This document shows, piece after piece, positions 1-8,756 of a DNA stretch of 64,000 nucleotides; positions within the stretch are counted from its first letter, which is position 1, and every line of letters starts with the position of its first letter. The notes beneath the pieces were generated by a model. It worked only from the letters and a program-made list of their open reading frames with translations. It was not told where the DNA came from and did not search any database. The stretch comes from a bacterium (GTDB lineage Bacteria > Patescibacteriota > Microgenomatia > Daviesbacterales > UBA10151): the NCBI GenBank assembly GCA_021786315.1, contig JAJYNN010000002.1:545494-609493 (forward strand), given 5' to 3'. The position numbers and the translations under genes were made by a program.

Positions 1-1
1 T

Positions 2-376
2 GAGCTTCCAATCCTTGGGTTTATCGCTGCCGGCCAGCCAATTATGACTTATACTGATCCGGACGCGACCGTTAATGTTCCGGCTCACATGATCACCGGC
101 AAAAAAAGGTCCTACGTTCTTCAGGTGAAAGGCGACTCGATGATCGAGGAGGGAATCTTAGACGGCGATTTCGTCATTATTGAAGAACAAACCACCGCCA
201 ACAATGGTGAAATAGTGGTCGCACTGTTGGATAATGGATTAGCGACCTTAAAAAGATTTTACCGGGAATCAACCCGGATCCGTCTCGAACCCGCTAATTC
301 CGCTATGCAGCCCATCTATGCAACTGATGTAAAGATTCAAGGTAAGTGCGTCGGGGTAATTAGAAGATTCAGCTAA
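2..376 (+). CDS. lexA: LexA repressor, C-terminal S24 peptidase domain (5'-truncated by window edge)
   Basis: In-frame translation from nt 2 gives ELPILGFIAAGQPI followed by VKGDSMIEEGILDGDFVIIE (LexA autocleavage/S24 motifs). The gene continues upstream of the window. Confidence 0.8.
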   Translation, partial: ELPILGFIAAGQPIMTYTDPDATVNVPAHMITGKKRSYVLQVKGDSMIEEGILDGDFVIIEEQTTANNGEIVVALLDNGLATLKRFYRESTRIRLEPANSAMQPIYATDVKIQGKCVGVIRRFS

Positions 377-633
377 AAGAAGCACTCTTACACGTTTATT
401 TCCGGTTTCTCACCTTTTCCTTAAAAATATTTGGTAAATTTACCACTATCAAGATTGGTTGAGACTGAGCAGAGTCTTATGTCAATTCATACACCCAGCT
501 TTTTGCTACAGACGGATACCAGTAAACAAGAGCTTATCAAAGCCGCACAAATTTCTTATGCCAAACTTCTGAAGAAAAAATGCTCGGTTGAGAAAGCCAG
601 ACAAAAAGTTCTGGAAGAAACTGGAGTGGTTTT

Positions 634-1308
634 CTAACTCTTACAGGGCTTGAGTTTTCGATAGATATAAAATCCTATTACCCCGATCACTACTGCAATA
701 ATTAAAGCATCAAACTTATGGAAGTAGGGGCCAATAGACTTCCAATTTTCTCCCAATTTAAACCCTACCCAAGCTAAAAAGTAAGACCAGACAAAGGATC
801 CGGCAAATGTTAAGACAATGAATCTGCCCAAAGGTAACCTGGCAATGCCGCACGGCAAGGAAATAACAGTCCTTACTCCGGGTAAAACCCGGCTTCCTAA
901 AACTACCGTATCTTTATATTTATGCAGTAAATTCTCCGCTTTATCCAATTCCTCTTCTGTCAAAAGTATCCATTTACCAAACCGTCTGACAAATCTCCTA
1001 ACAACTTTTTCGTGTCCCCAATAACCCAAGCCATAAGCAGCCAATGATCCGATAACATTTCCCAAGGCTCCGGCAATAGCCACTCCCAAAAGAGTAAATT
1101 TGCCTGCAAAAACCAAGTATCCGGAGAAGGGCATAATAATCTCTGAAGGAAGAGGAATCAAGGCTGACTCAATTGCCATAGTTATTGCCACACCCGGATA
1201 TCCTAACGTAGAGATGACATGGATGACCCAACCTGCTACACTTTCTAGCATGCTATATATTGTACCAACACCTATAGGGAATTTAAAAGACATAACTTTA
1301 AGGGTCAT
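634..1308 (-). CDS. DedA/TVP38 family membrane protein (start codon uncertain; alternatives at 1251 or 1179)
   Basis: Multi-TM protein with DedA-like motifs (LPLPSEIIMPFSGYL; GKWILLTEEELDKAE; GVRTVISLPCGIARLPLGRF). Confidence 0.7.
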   Translation of the reverse strand: MTLKVMSFKFPIGVGTIYSMLESVAGWVIHVISTLGYPGVAITMAIESALIPLPSEIIMPFSGYLVFAGKFTLLGVAIAGALGNVIGSLAAYGLGYWGHEKVVRRFVRRFGKWILLTEEELDKAENLLHKYKDTVVLGSRVLPGVRTVISLPCGIARLPLGRFIVLTFAGSFVWSYFLAWVGFKLGENWKSIGPYFHKFDALIIAVVIGVIGFYIYRKLKPCKS

Positions 1309-1924
1309 CGAGGTTTTGCAGGCTGTTGATGGGGTAATCTGTGAAGACAGCCGGAGAACAGGACAACTTTTAAATCATCTGGGGATCAGGAAACCATTTC
1401 TGGTTTTAAATGATTTTAATGAATCCAGAATGGTTTCAGATATCTTGCAAAAGCTACAGGCCGGACAAAATTTGGCCTTGGTTTCCGATGCAGGAACACC
1501 TTTAGTATCTGATCCGGGATATAAGTTAGTAAGATCATGTATTGAACAAAATATTTCCGTAGACTCTTTGCCAGGTCCGTCTGCCGCAATCACCGCCCTC
1601 ACTTTATCTGGTTTACCCCCAGATAAATTTTTCTTTTTAGGATATCTCCCTGAAAAACAAGGAAAGAGACTTGAGCTCCTTAAGTCCCTTAATACTTTAC
1701 ACTCTATACTTAATACTACTTTTATAGCCTACGTCGCTCCGCACAAATTAGTCCGGACACTTGAGGATATGCAAAGTACATTGGGGAATATAGATGTGGT
1801 CTTGGCCCATGAACTTACCAAGGTTCATCAATCTACCGAAAAGAGAACTGTTGAAGACTGGTTGAATCAATTCAAAAAACAACCTCCCAGAGGAGAATAC
1901 GTACTCCTTTTTAACTTAGGTTAA
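1250..1924 (+). CDS. rsmI: 16S rRNA (cytidine1402-2'-O)-methyltransferase RsmI
   Basis: MLYIVPTPIGNLKDITLRVIEVL...GVICEDSRRTGQLLNHLGI and VSDAGTPLVSDPG are tetrapyrrole-methylase/RsmI signatures. The longer ORF from 1100 would overlap dedA, so the ATG at 1250 was chosen. Confidence 0.85.
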   Translation: MLYIVPTPIGNLKDITLRVIEVLQAVDGVICEDSRRTGQLLNHLGIRKPFLVLNDFNESRMVSDILQKLQAGQNLALVSDAGTPLVSDPGYKLVRSCIEQNISVDSLPGPSAAITALTLSGLPPDKFFFLGYLPEKQGKRLELLKSLNTLHSILNTTFIAYVAPHKLVRTLEDMQSTLGNIDVVLAHELTKVHQSTEKRTVEDWLNQFKKQPPRGEYVLLFNLG

Positions 1925-1991
1925 ATCCACGAAAAAGCGCCCTTTAGATCTTTCGATCCTCAAGGCGCTTACTTCACCATTCATTTTTGTG

Positions 1992-2234
1992 TTAACCCCA
2001 ACCCAACCAATGGAAACGGAAAGCTATCCCAACAAAAGCCATAACAGCCCCCGCACCTACGCCTATTAGCAGCCAATTAGCCACTTTTTCCAAAAAATCA
2101 TCATGTTCCTGTCCCGGTAACCACATACCACCAATATAAGTCTTCGGTTTCCCTAATTCGAACATAACAACCAACTCCAGAAACGAGAATACCAGGAAAA
2201 GAACTCCTCCGACGGCAATTAGGGCAATGTCCAC
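1992..2234 (-). CDS. small two-TM membrane protein (paralog of 2249..2449)
   Basis: 80 aa, starts MDIALIAVGGVLFLV. Preceded by an AGGAGG RBS inside a repeated leader, aacaggaggtaaaaggtggacatt. Confidence 0.4.
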   Translation of the reverse strand: MDIALIAVGGVLFLVFSFLELVVMFELGKPKTYIGGMWLPGQEHDDFLEKVANWLLIGVGAGAVMAFVGIAFRFHWLGWG

Positions 2235-2248
2235 CTTTTACCTCCTGT

Positions 2249-2449
2249 TTAATGAAGATGCCAAACAATGCCTGCGGCAACTATTATTAATCCAACACAA
2301 ACACCTCGTCTCGTCACTCTCTCTAGACTTTTCCCAAATCCTGGATTACGCAAGACATCATACATGGGCCTACCCAAGTCGATTAATGCTGGGATAAACA
2401 GAAATCCAAGGATCACTACTACCCCGACAATAATCATAACAATGTCCAC
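2249..2449 (-). CDS. small two-TM membrane protein (paralog of 1992..2234)
   Basis: 66 aa, starts MDIVMIIVGVVVILG. Near-identical RBS/leader to the downstream paralog. Confidence 0.4.
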   Translation of the reverse strand: MDIVMIIVGVVVILGFLFIPALIDLGRPMYDVLRNPGFGKSLERVTRRGVCVGLIIVAAGIVWHLH

Positions 2450-2665
2450 CTTTAACCTCCTGTTTTTTTGTTTTTCCCATTATCTATCTAAAGGCATTAC
2501 TTTGCCATTAATTTCAATCTTAGGTCAAACACAAATTTTGAAGGTGCAAAAGAAAAAATAGCAGGAGAAAGAAATAAGACAAAGCTTAACTTGTCTCTTT
2601 CCCTCTCTTACATGAAGTGTATTCTACTAAATTTCAAGGGGGTAATCAAATATTATGGGCCTTTT

Positions 2666-4126
2666 TTAAATTAATCTTCTGGACACCATTCTTCTTTCCA
2701 CCCAAGCCAAGTGTTCAGGAACTGATTCAGCTTGCAATGGTGTATTAACCGTTACTCCCCAAATGCCTGATTCAACCAAGAAGTCCAAAATTTCATGATG
2801 TAAAGCCAATTCCCCTTTTATTAAGACAGGAATCTTGGATTGATGCAAAATTTTAAAGGCAGGTTTTAAGAATTTTACCAAAGCCTGGACATGGTCCTTA
2901 TAAAATTGCCCTTCTGAAACCTCATATCCCCCAAGATTTTTTTGCAGTTCATCCAGATTCAAAATTATTCCGTCAATTCCTACCGTTAAATAATCCTCCA
3001 GATTTATAAAGTTCTCCGGTACCCCACACTCTAACCAAAAACGCAAAACCCCTTTTCGGCTGATTCCTCTAACTGCCAACTCTCTTTTAAGTTGTAAAAG
3101 TTCCCCGGATGTCCTCGTTAAAGGAATTCCCAGTTCTAAGTTATATAAGCTTTTCTTATTACGAATAAACAAAAAGGTCTTGGCAGTTTCATCCAAAATA
3201 CTTGTCTGATTTATAAGCCTTAACGTTCCCCGGATTTTGGAAGCATCAACAATATCCGGAAGTTTATAAATTACCGGTTTTCCGGGAAAACTCAAAGCTG
3301 ATTCCCCTATTTGAAAAACTAGATTATCAAATCCTTTGATCTTTTCTCCCTCAATTAAAATCCCGTCAATATTATGGGCAACTGCAAAACCCGAAGAAAG
3401 GTTTAAAAAAAGCTTAACCGCTTTTTTACAAAGCTCAACTTCAACCTTTTTTGTAATAACTATGTCCTCTGTCTTTGATACCGGTAGCGTTTGGGTAAAA
3501 GGAGATACGGAAACAATAAATGGTTTTCCCTCGATAATTAAAAATCTATATACTTGAGGAATAAACAGTTTCTTATTGGCATCCAAAACAACCTGGTCAA
3601 TTTTCTTCAACATTGGGGGCGGAAGTTTGGCTGGTGATTTGATTATTACCTCTTTTAAATCCGGGTCAAAATAAGCCGAGACTTCAGAAAACGAATCATG
3701 GACATTAAAAATTACCTGGGATGAAAGGTTAGAAGCTACTCCGTTTCCCAATCCATTATTCCAAATCTTTAGCTTAATTTCTTCAATCCAAATATTAAGC
3801 AATGCTTTCCAAAAATCATTCTTCTTTTTGAAAATTAAACCTTGAATAAAAAATGCTTTAAAATTTTTAGTTTCCTTCTCTAGTTCTTCAGGAATAGAAA
3901 TTTTAGCCAGGTCACTTTTAATTAATTCCAACCTGCTTTCAAACACTTCGCTTTTTATACCCTGGATGTGTTTCAAAATTACATTCAAAACAATTTCCGG
4001 AGGGGAAACAGCAACCCCTAAGACTACAGGAATTCCCGACCTTTGAAGCTTGGCTAAATTAAAGATATCAGCTCCCAAGATTGGTTGGTCTACTTCAGTA
4101 ATATGTTTTATCGGCAGAACAGTCAT
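2666..4126 (-). CDS. PEP-utilizing enzyme family protein (pyruvate,water/phosphate dikinase-like N-terminal and C-terminal domains; no obvious central phospho-His domain)
   Basis: The N-terminus (ILGADIFNLAKLQRSGIPVVLGVAVS) resembles the PEP/pyruvate-binding ATP-grasp domain. The C-terminus (LRFWLECGVPENF...GIDGIILNLDEL) resembles the PEP-utilizer TIM barrel. No catalytic His motif was recognised. Confidence 0.4.
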   Translation of the reverse strand: MTVLPIKHITEVDQPILGADIFNLAKLQRSGIPVVLGVAVSPPEIVLNVILKHIQGIKSEVFESRLELIKSDLAKISIPEELEKETKNFKAFFIQGLIFKKKNDFWKALLNIWIEEIKLKIWNNGLGNGVASNLSSQVIFNVHDSFSEVSAYFDPDLKEVIIKSPAKLPPPMLKKIDQVVLDANKKLFIPQVYRFLIIEGKPFIVSVSPFTQTLPVSKTEDIVITKKVEVELCKKAVKLFLNLSSGFAVAHNIDGILIEGEKIKGFDNLVFQIGESALSFPGKPVIYKLPDIVDASKIRGTLRLINQTSILDETAKTFLFIRNKKSLYNLELGIPLTRTSGELLQLKRELAVRGISRKGVLRFWLECGVPENFINLEDYLTVGIDGIILNLDELQKNLGGYEVSEGQFYKDHVQALVKFLKPAFKILHQSKIPVLIKGELALHHEILDFLVESGIWGVTVNTPLQAESVPEHLAWVERRMVSRRLI

Positions 4127-4128
4127 AA

Positions 4129-4638
4129 CTAATTCCCGGCGGCTTGTTCAACTAAAAATACCTGGTCGCCGACACGGATCCCATTAGTGTCAATAAACCC
4201 GGTGTTGACCTCTAACATCATATCAACTGGGACAACCGGCGCATAGATAGGAAGGGTTGAATCCTTTTGGCCATCCAAAGGCGGTTGGACATTCCTTAAA
4301 AGATCAACAACTTTTCCCTGCCTGATAAAGATAAAGTCCAAAGGAAACTTCATTCCCCTCATCCAAAATTGGTATTTGCTCTCTTTAGGAAAAACAAACA
4401 GCATCCCGGAATCCGCTGGCAAGCTATCCCTTCCCCCCAACCCTTTACTTCTGAGTTCTGGGGTATCAGCTATCTCTATATTTAAGTATATATTGCCTAT
4501 TTTAATTTGATGGGCAGTAGACCGTGCTTGTTGGAATATGGGAGTAACCCCGCCCAATACTTGGGGATTGTATAAAACAAAAATCGAGCCAAGAATAACT
4601 AATCCCAAAAAAACAATTTGAATCCAAAATTTTTTCAA
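4129..4638 (-). CDS. DUF192 (COG1430) domain protein, N-terminal signal/TM
   Basis: LFVFPKESKYQFWMRGMKFPLDFIFIRQGKVVDL matches the DUF192 core. Confidence 0.6.
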   Translation of the reverse strand: MKKFWIQIVFLGLVILGSIFVLYNPQVLGGVTPIFQQARSTAHQIKIGNIYLNIEIADTPELRSKGLGGRDSLPADSGMLFVFPKESKYQFWMRGMKFPLDFIFIRQGKVVDLLRNVQPPLDGQKDSTLPIYAPVVPVDMMLEVNTGFIDTNGIRVGDQVFLVEQAAGN

Positions 4639-4656
4639 GGCAATAACATCATACCA

Positions 4657-5220
4657 TCATTGACACTTTCCCCAAAGGCCGCGGTTATTTTCCCTTGCTT
4701 CCCTCTCTGCTTCCAAAAACTGAGACTGAAACTTTACGTCAGGAGGATAAGTGGAAGCTTTGGCAAATCCCTGGCGCGCTAAATAATCATTAATGAATAA
4801 CCAGTTTCCGTTCTCCTGATTAATATATACATACCGTAACAACCTGCCAAATTTGTCGGCGTCCGATACATCTTTGACTAAAATCGCTTCTTTCCCTAAA
4901 ACCAGCTTTTTATTCTCATCGGATGCTTCTTTCCCAAAACACCCGACAGGCCTCCTCGGGTCAACTGTTTCCGGAGTATCAATACCAATATACCTAACCT
5001 TTACCCCTTCCTTGATTTCTATAGTATCTCCGTCAATCACCCGGGTAATTACCACCTTTTGCCCCTCAGGCCCCAAAGTTCCTGAGTTAGTTGATTCCGG
5101 AATAGAAGATGTGGTAACAGTTGGGGTGGATGACAATGAGCTTGTTTTCAACCCACCAACCACCAAAGAAGTGCCAATTACAAACAATGAGATTGCAATT
5201 ACAAGGAGCCGTTTATTCAT
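4657..5220 (-). CDS. secreted thermonuclease (staphylococcal nuclease homolog, SNase-like)
   Basis: Signal peptide, then ITRVIDGDTIEI...VRYIGIDTPE...RLLRYVYI...GLWG, the canonical SNase motifs. Confidence 0.85.
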   Translation of the reverse strand: MNKRLLVIAISLFVIGTSLVVGGLKTSSLSSTPTVTTSSIPESTNSGTLGPEGQKVVITRVIDGDTIEIKEGVKVRYIGIDTPETVDPRRPVGCFGKEASDENKKLVLGKEAILVKDVSDADKFGRLLRYVYINQENGNWLFINDYLARQGFAKASTYPPDVKFQSQFLEAEREARENNRGLWGKCQ

Positions 5221-6173
5221 TAATTTTTAAACACTTGGGTAAACATAATCCCATATTCATCCCCATTGGCTATTCCAATCCCAATTCTATGATAATCTTC
5301 CGAAAGAATATTGGCCCTGTGTCCGGGACTGTTCATTAACCCCTGCTGGGCTAACTCAAGCGAAGGGGCATAAGCCAAGTTCTCTCCTATCACCCGATAA
5401 TCAATTCCTGCAGCCAAAGCCCTATCAGCCACGTCTTTGCCCTGTAAATCATAATGGGCAAAATATCCATTCCTAAACATATCCGCGCTGTGGTCCCGGG
5501 CAATCTGGCGAAGCGTCGGGTCATAAACCAGCGGCGGAATTCCCCGGCTCACCCTTTCTTTATTCACCATATCAATCATCTGCATTTCCATTTCCTCATC
5601 AAATACAAACTTGTCATTCTTAAACCCTAAACCAACACTCTCATTAGTCTTTGGTTCAATAGTTAAAAATGTTAGAGTGTCGTTAGCAAATCCCCCAAAT
5701 GCAGCTTTCAATGGTGATTCAATCCGGTAGGAATAGGATAAAATCCATGTTGCAATTTTAGAGTTATTTACATCCTTTTTGAGTGTTGGCTGTATGGGAA
5801 AAACCGCAACCAGGATTAAAATGATTGCTACGAATATTGTTCCTTTTAAAAAAGCCGGAATAGTACTTAGAAACTTCTCACCCGGTAATTGGGGAATTTT
5901 TGGCGCTAACTTGTATAAAGTCCTTGCCAAAAAAAACATTACCGCTTCCACCAGATACCACATAATAATAAACCCCAGGACATTGGCAAACGAATGAGGG
6001 AGGGTAAAAAAATTTTCAAGTACCTTTGCAGCTAAACCATAAAACTGTAACGAAACTAAAAATGATAAAACGAACCCCAAAAGATCAAAGGTCTCAAAAA
6101 ATAAAGGTTTTCCAAAACCCTGGACAGCAAAAAGAGCAACAATGGCGATAATACTGAAGTCAACCCAATTCAC
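5220..6173 (-). CDS. CvpA-family membrane domain fused to C-terminal CAP/SCP (YkwD-like) domain
   Basis: N-terminal MNWVDFSIIAIVALFAVQGF with 4 TM segments (CvpA-like). C-terminal YFAHYDLQGKDVADRALAAGIDYRVIGENLAY...GHRANIL is the CAP-domain signature. Confidence 0.65.
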   Translation of the reverse strand: MNWVDFSIIAIVALFAVQGFGKPLFFETFDLLGFVLSFLVSLQFYGLAAKVLENFFTLPHSFANVLGFIIMWYLVEAVMFFLARTLYKLAPKIPQLPGEKFLSTIPAFLKGTIFVAIILILVAVFPIQPTLKKDVNNSKIATWILSYSYRIESPLKAAFGGFANDTLTFLTIEPKTNESVGLGFKNDKFVFDEEMEMQMIDMVNKERVSRGIPPLVYDPTLRQIARDHSADMFRNGYFAHYDLQGKDVADRALAAGIDYRVIGENLAYAPSLELAQQGLMNSPGHRANILSEDYHRIGIGIANGDEYGIMFTQVFKN

Positions 6174-6296
6174 TATTTCCTACATATTTTACTACAATTT
6201 GGACCCCCGAAAATAGAATTAACCATATTATTACGCGATCATTGTTATTTTCTAATCCTCCCGCAGTAGCATGATCCTACTTGAAAGGAGGAGCCA

Positions 6297-6467
6297 ATGA
6301 AAAAAACTCCCAGCCAAAAAAAAGAAAGGAAGGAAGAGGGAAATGACGAAATCGTAGTCCCTACCGATCAAAAAATTCACGAACCCGATCTCCCCTTATT
6401 ACAATACGATGATTTTGGTATGGAGGATCCCCGGGTAAAAATGCTCTTTCCTAAAAGATACCCTTAA
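6297..6467 (+). CDS. small Lys/Glu-rich protein (56 aa), below ORF-track cutoff
   Basis: ATG with AGGAGG 6 nt upstream (gaaaggaggagccaATG). Open frame MKKTPSQKKERKEEGNDEIVVPTDQKIHEPDLPLLQYDDFGMEDPRVKMLFPKRYP ends at TAA. Confidence 0.25.
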   Translation: MKKTPSQKKERKEEGNDEIVVPTDQKIHEPDLPLLQYDDFGMEDPRVKMLFPKRYP

Positions 6468-6472
6468 AACTC

Positions 6473-7240
6473 TCAAATCTGAATTTTTGAAAAAAGGTAA
6501 GTGCCAACCCCCAGAAGAATTAATGTAATAGCACTTAACACAAAAAAATCCAGCGTCAATCCAAATTGAGCTGCTCCTGTCAGGGTTCCCCGAAGCCCGT
6601 CGACTCCATAAGAAAGCGGGTCAATTCTGGCAACAATATTTAAGGCTTGGGGTAAGCCTGTTAAAGGAAAAAGCGCCCCTGATAAGAAGAAAAATGGCAT
6701 GACCATAAAATTCATTATCAGCTGGAACCCCTGCATATCTTCCAAAATAGAAGCAATCGCGGTTCCCAAAGCTGTAAAAAGTAAAGCAATTAAAAACATG
6801 AAGATAATTGCCAAAGGAAACTCTCCTAAACTATGTATTCTAAAACCTACCAATGATGCCAAAATTACCACGATAATCCCCTGAATCATAGCTACCGTTG
6901 CCCCTCCCAAAGTTCTGCCTAACATTATTTCCCATCTGGAAATCGGCGCCACTAAAGTTTCCTTCAGGAAACCAAATTGCTTATCCCAAATAATCTCTAT
7001 TCCTGAAAAAATTGCCGTAAATAAAATGCTCATGGCAATAATTCCGGGAGCTAAAAATTCTAAGTAGTTCCCCTGGCCTGCCTTCTGGAAAATGGGTCCA
7101 AAACCAAATCCTAATGCCAAGAGAAATAGCAAAGGTTGCCCTAAAGCCCCCACGATTCTGGATCTCGCCCGGAAATATCGTTTTAACTGGCGAAGCCACA
7201 AAATATAAACTGCCCCCAAATTCATCTTCTCCCTCCCCAA
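6473..7240 (-). CDS. ABC-2 type transporter permease
   Basis: 6 TM segments with ABC-2 family architecture. Overlaps the upstream ATPase gene by 19 nt. Confidence 0.75.
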   Translation of the reverse strand: MGREKMNLGAVYILWLRQLKRYFRARSRIVGALGQPLLFLLALGFGFGPIFQKAGQGNYLEFLAPGIIAMSILFTAIFSGIEIIWDKQFGFLKETLVAPISRWEIMLGRTLGGATVAMIQGIIVVILASLVGFRIHSLGEFPLAIIFMFLIALLFTALGTAIASILEDMQGFQLIMNFMVMPFFFLSGALFPLTGLPQALNIVARIDPLSYGVDGLRGTLTGAAQFGLTLDFFVLSAITLILLGVGTYLFSKIQI

Positions 7241-8025
7241 ACTCTGCTTGCCATCCTCATCTGTTCTTTAGCACCCGCCTCTTCTTCCCGGATTGCCTTC
7301 CCGGTTAATTTCAGGAAAGCCTGCTCTAAACTGGAAGATTTAGTTCTGGACTTCAATTCCTTTGGAGAACCTAAGGAAATAATTTTACCGTGATCAATAA
7401 CGGCCACCCGCCCGGCAACATCTTCTGCCTCATTCATATAATGGGTAGTAAAAAAGATGGTAATCTCTTCTTTTTTATTAAGGTTTTTAATATATTCCCA
7501 AATATGGTTTCTTGTTTGGGGATCCAGTCCCAGGGTTGGCTCATCAAGGAAAAAGATTTTAGGGTGATGAAGCAGCCCGCGGGCAATTTCCAGTCTTCTT
7601 TTCATCCCTCCGGAAAAAGTTTTTACTAAATTATTTCTTCTATCCCAAAGTTCAACAAACCTCAAAAGTTCCTCTGTTCTTTGTTTTCTGATATCTCCCG
7701 GTACCTTATATAAAACTCCGTGAAATTCCATATTTTCATAAGCCGTGAGTTCGTCATCCAAACTCGGATCCTGGAAAACAATGCCAAAAGTTTTGCGGGC
7801 CCCTTCAGAATCTTTTACCGGGTCAATTCCATTCAGCTCAATTTTTCCTTCTGTCGGATGAAGCAGTGTAGTCAGCATCTTAATGGTGGTTGTTTTGCCT
7901 GCTCCGTTAGGACCCAGGAAAGCAAAAATCTCCCCTTTGGGAACTTCAAAAGAGATACCATCCACTGCCGTTAAATCTCCGTATTTTTTAATTAGATTCT
8001 TTGCTACAACCGTATTTTTTGCCAC
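7222..8025 (-). CDS. ABC transporter ATP-binding protein
   Basis: Walker A GPNGAGKTT, signature LSGGMKRRLEIA, Walker B IFFLDEPT. Confidence 0.9.
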   Translation of the reverse strand: MAKNTVVAKNLIKKYGDLTAVDGISFEVPKGEIFAFLGPNGAGKTTTIKMLTTLLHPTEGKIELNGIDPVKDSEGARKTFGIVFQDPSLDDELTAYENMEFHGVLYKVPGDIRKQRTEELLRFVELWDRRNNLVKTFSGGMKRRLEIARGLLHHPKIFFLDEPTLGLDPQTRNHIWEYIKNLNKKEEITIFFTTHYMNEAEDVAGRVAVIDHGKIISLGSPKELKSRTKSSSLEQAFLKLTGKAIREEEAGAKEQMRMASRVWGGRR

Positions 8026-8075
8026 AGCTTTTAGTATAGCTCAAAAGTGTAAGAATTTGATAGGCAAAATGGAAA

Positions 8076-8107
8076 CTTTGTAAAAGCTATGGGTTTTATG
8101 GTATAAT
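8076..8107 (+). promoter_or_regulatory. candidate sigma70 promoter with extended -10 (TGgTATAAT) upstream of the RRM protein gene
   Basis: tttgtaaaagctatgggttttaTGgTATAAT. Leaves a ~140 nt 5'UTR. Confidence 0.35.
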
Positions 8108-8250
8108 TACCATGTACTCTGTTAGTGTGTAAAGAAACTGCGTGTTAGGTTGGCAGGATCTGAAGCTTAAGAGACTGTCAAACATTCTTCTTTGTGTTTA
8201 AACCCCAGAGAAAGTGAGTTGAAAAGAAAAAAGGTGGTGAATATTTTAAT

Positions 8251-8598
8251 ATGACAAAGTTATTTGTAGGCGGATTGCCTTATGCTGTCAACAGCGATGA
8301 ACTTAAGAATACTTTCAGCCAGTTCGGTTCAGTTTTATCTGCTACCGTTATTACTGATAAGTTTTCCGGCCAAAGCAAAGGTTTTGGATTCGTCGAAATG
8401 GAAAACGATGAAGAAGCCCAAACAGCTATCAAGGAACTTGATGGTTCAGATATGGGTGGTCGTAAGGTTGCTGTTTCAGTAGCTCGTCCCAAGGAAGAAA
8501 GACCTCAAGGAGGATTCAGACGCGACAACAATCGTGGTGGATTCGGTGGAGGTTTTAATCGCGGTGGACGCGATGATCGAAGAGGCGGAAGATATTAA
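8251..8598 (+). CDS. RNA-binding protein, RRM domain with Gly/Arg-rich tail
   Basis: RNP2 LFVGGL and RNP1 KGFGFVEM. C-terminal RGGFGGGFNRGGRDDRRGG. Confidence 0.9.
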   Translation: MTKLFVGGLPYAVNSDELKNTFSQFGSVLSATVITDKFSGQSKGFGFVEMENDEEAQTAIKELDGSDMGGRKVAVSVARPKEERPQGGFRRDNNRGGFGGGFNRGGRDDRRGGRY

Positions 8599-8691
8599 GA
8601 CAATCGTCATTGATTGTTAAATTGTCGAGACGATTATCATGTAATTATCTTCGATAATTATAATCTTTCAGATCTGAAGATCTAAGAAAAA

Positions 8692-8716
8692 GGAGCTCGC
8701 AAGAGCTCCTTTTTTG
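8692..8716 (+). terminator. rho-independent terminator
   Basis: GGAGCTC-GCAA-GAGCTCC hairpin followed by TTTTTTG. Confidence 0.7.
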
Positions 8717-8756
8717 TCCCCCTTGCCAAAATATAAAATTTTTATAGAATATCCAC

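Noticed and set aside
1100-1249. N-terminal 50-codon extension of rsmI from the track ORF start at 1100
   Set aside because: It would overlap dedA coding sequence on the opposite strand. The RsmI-conserved N-terminus begins at MLYIVPTPIGN (1250).
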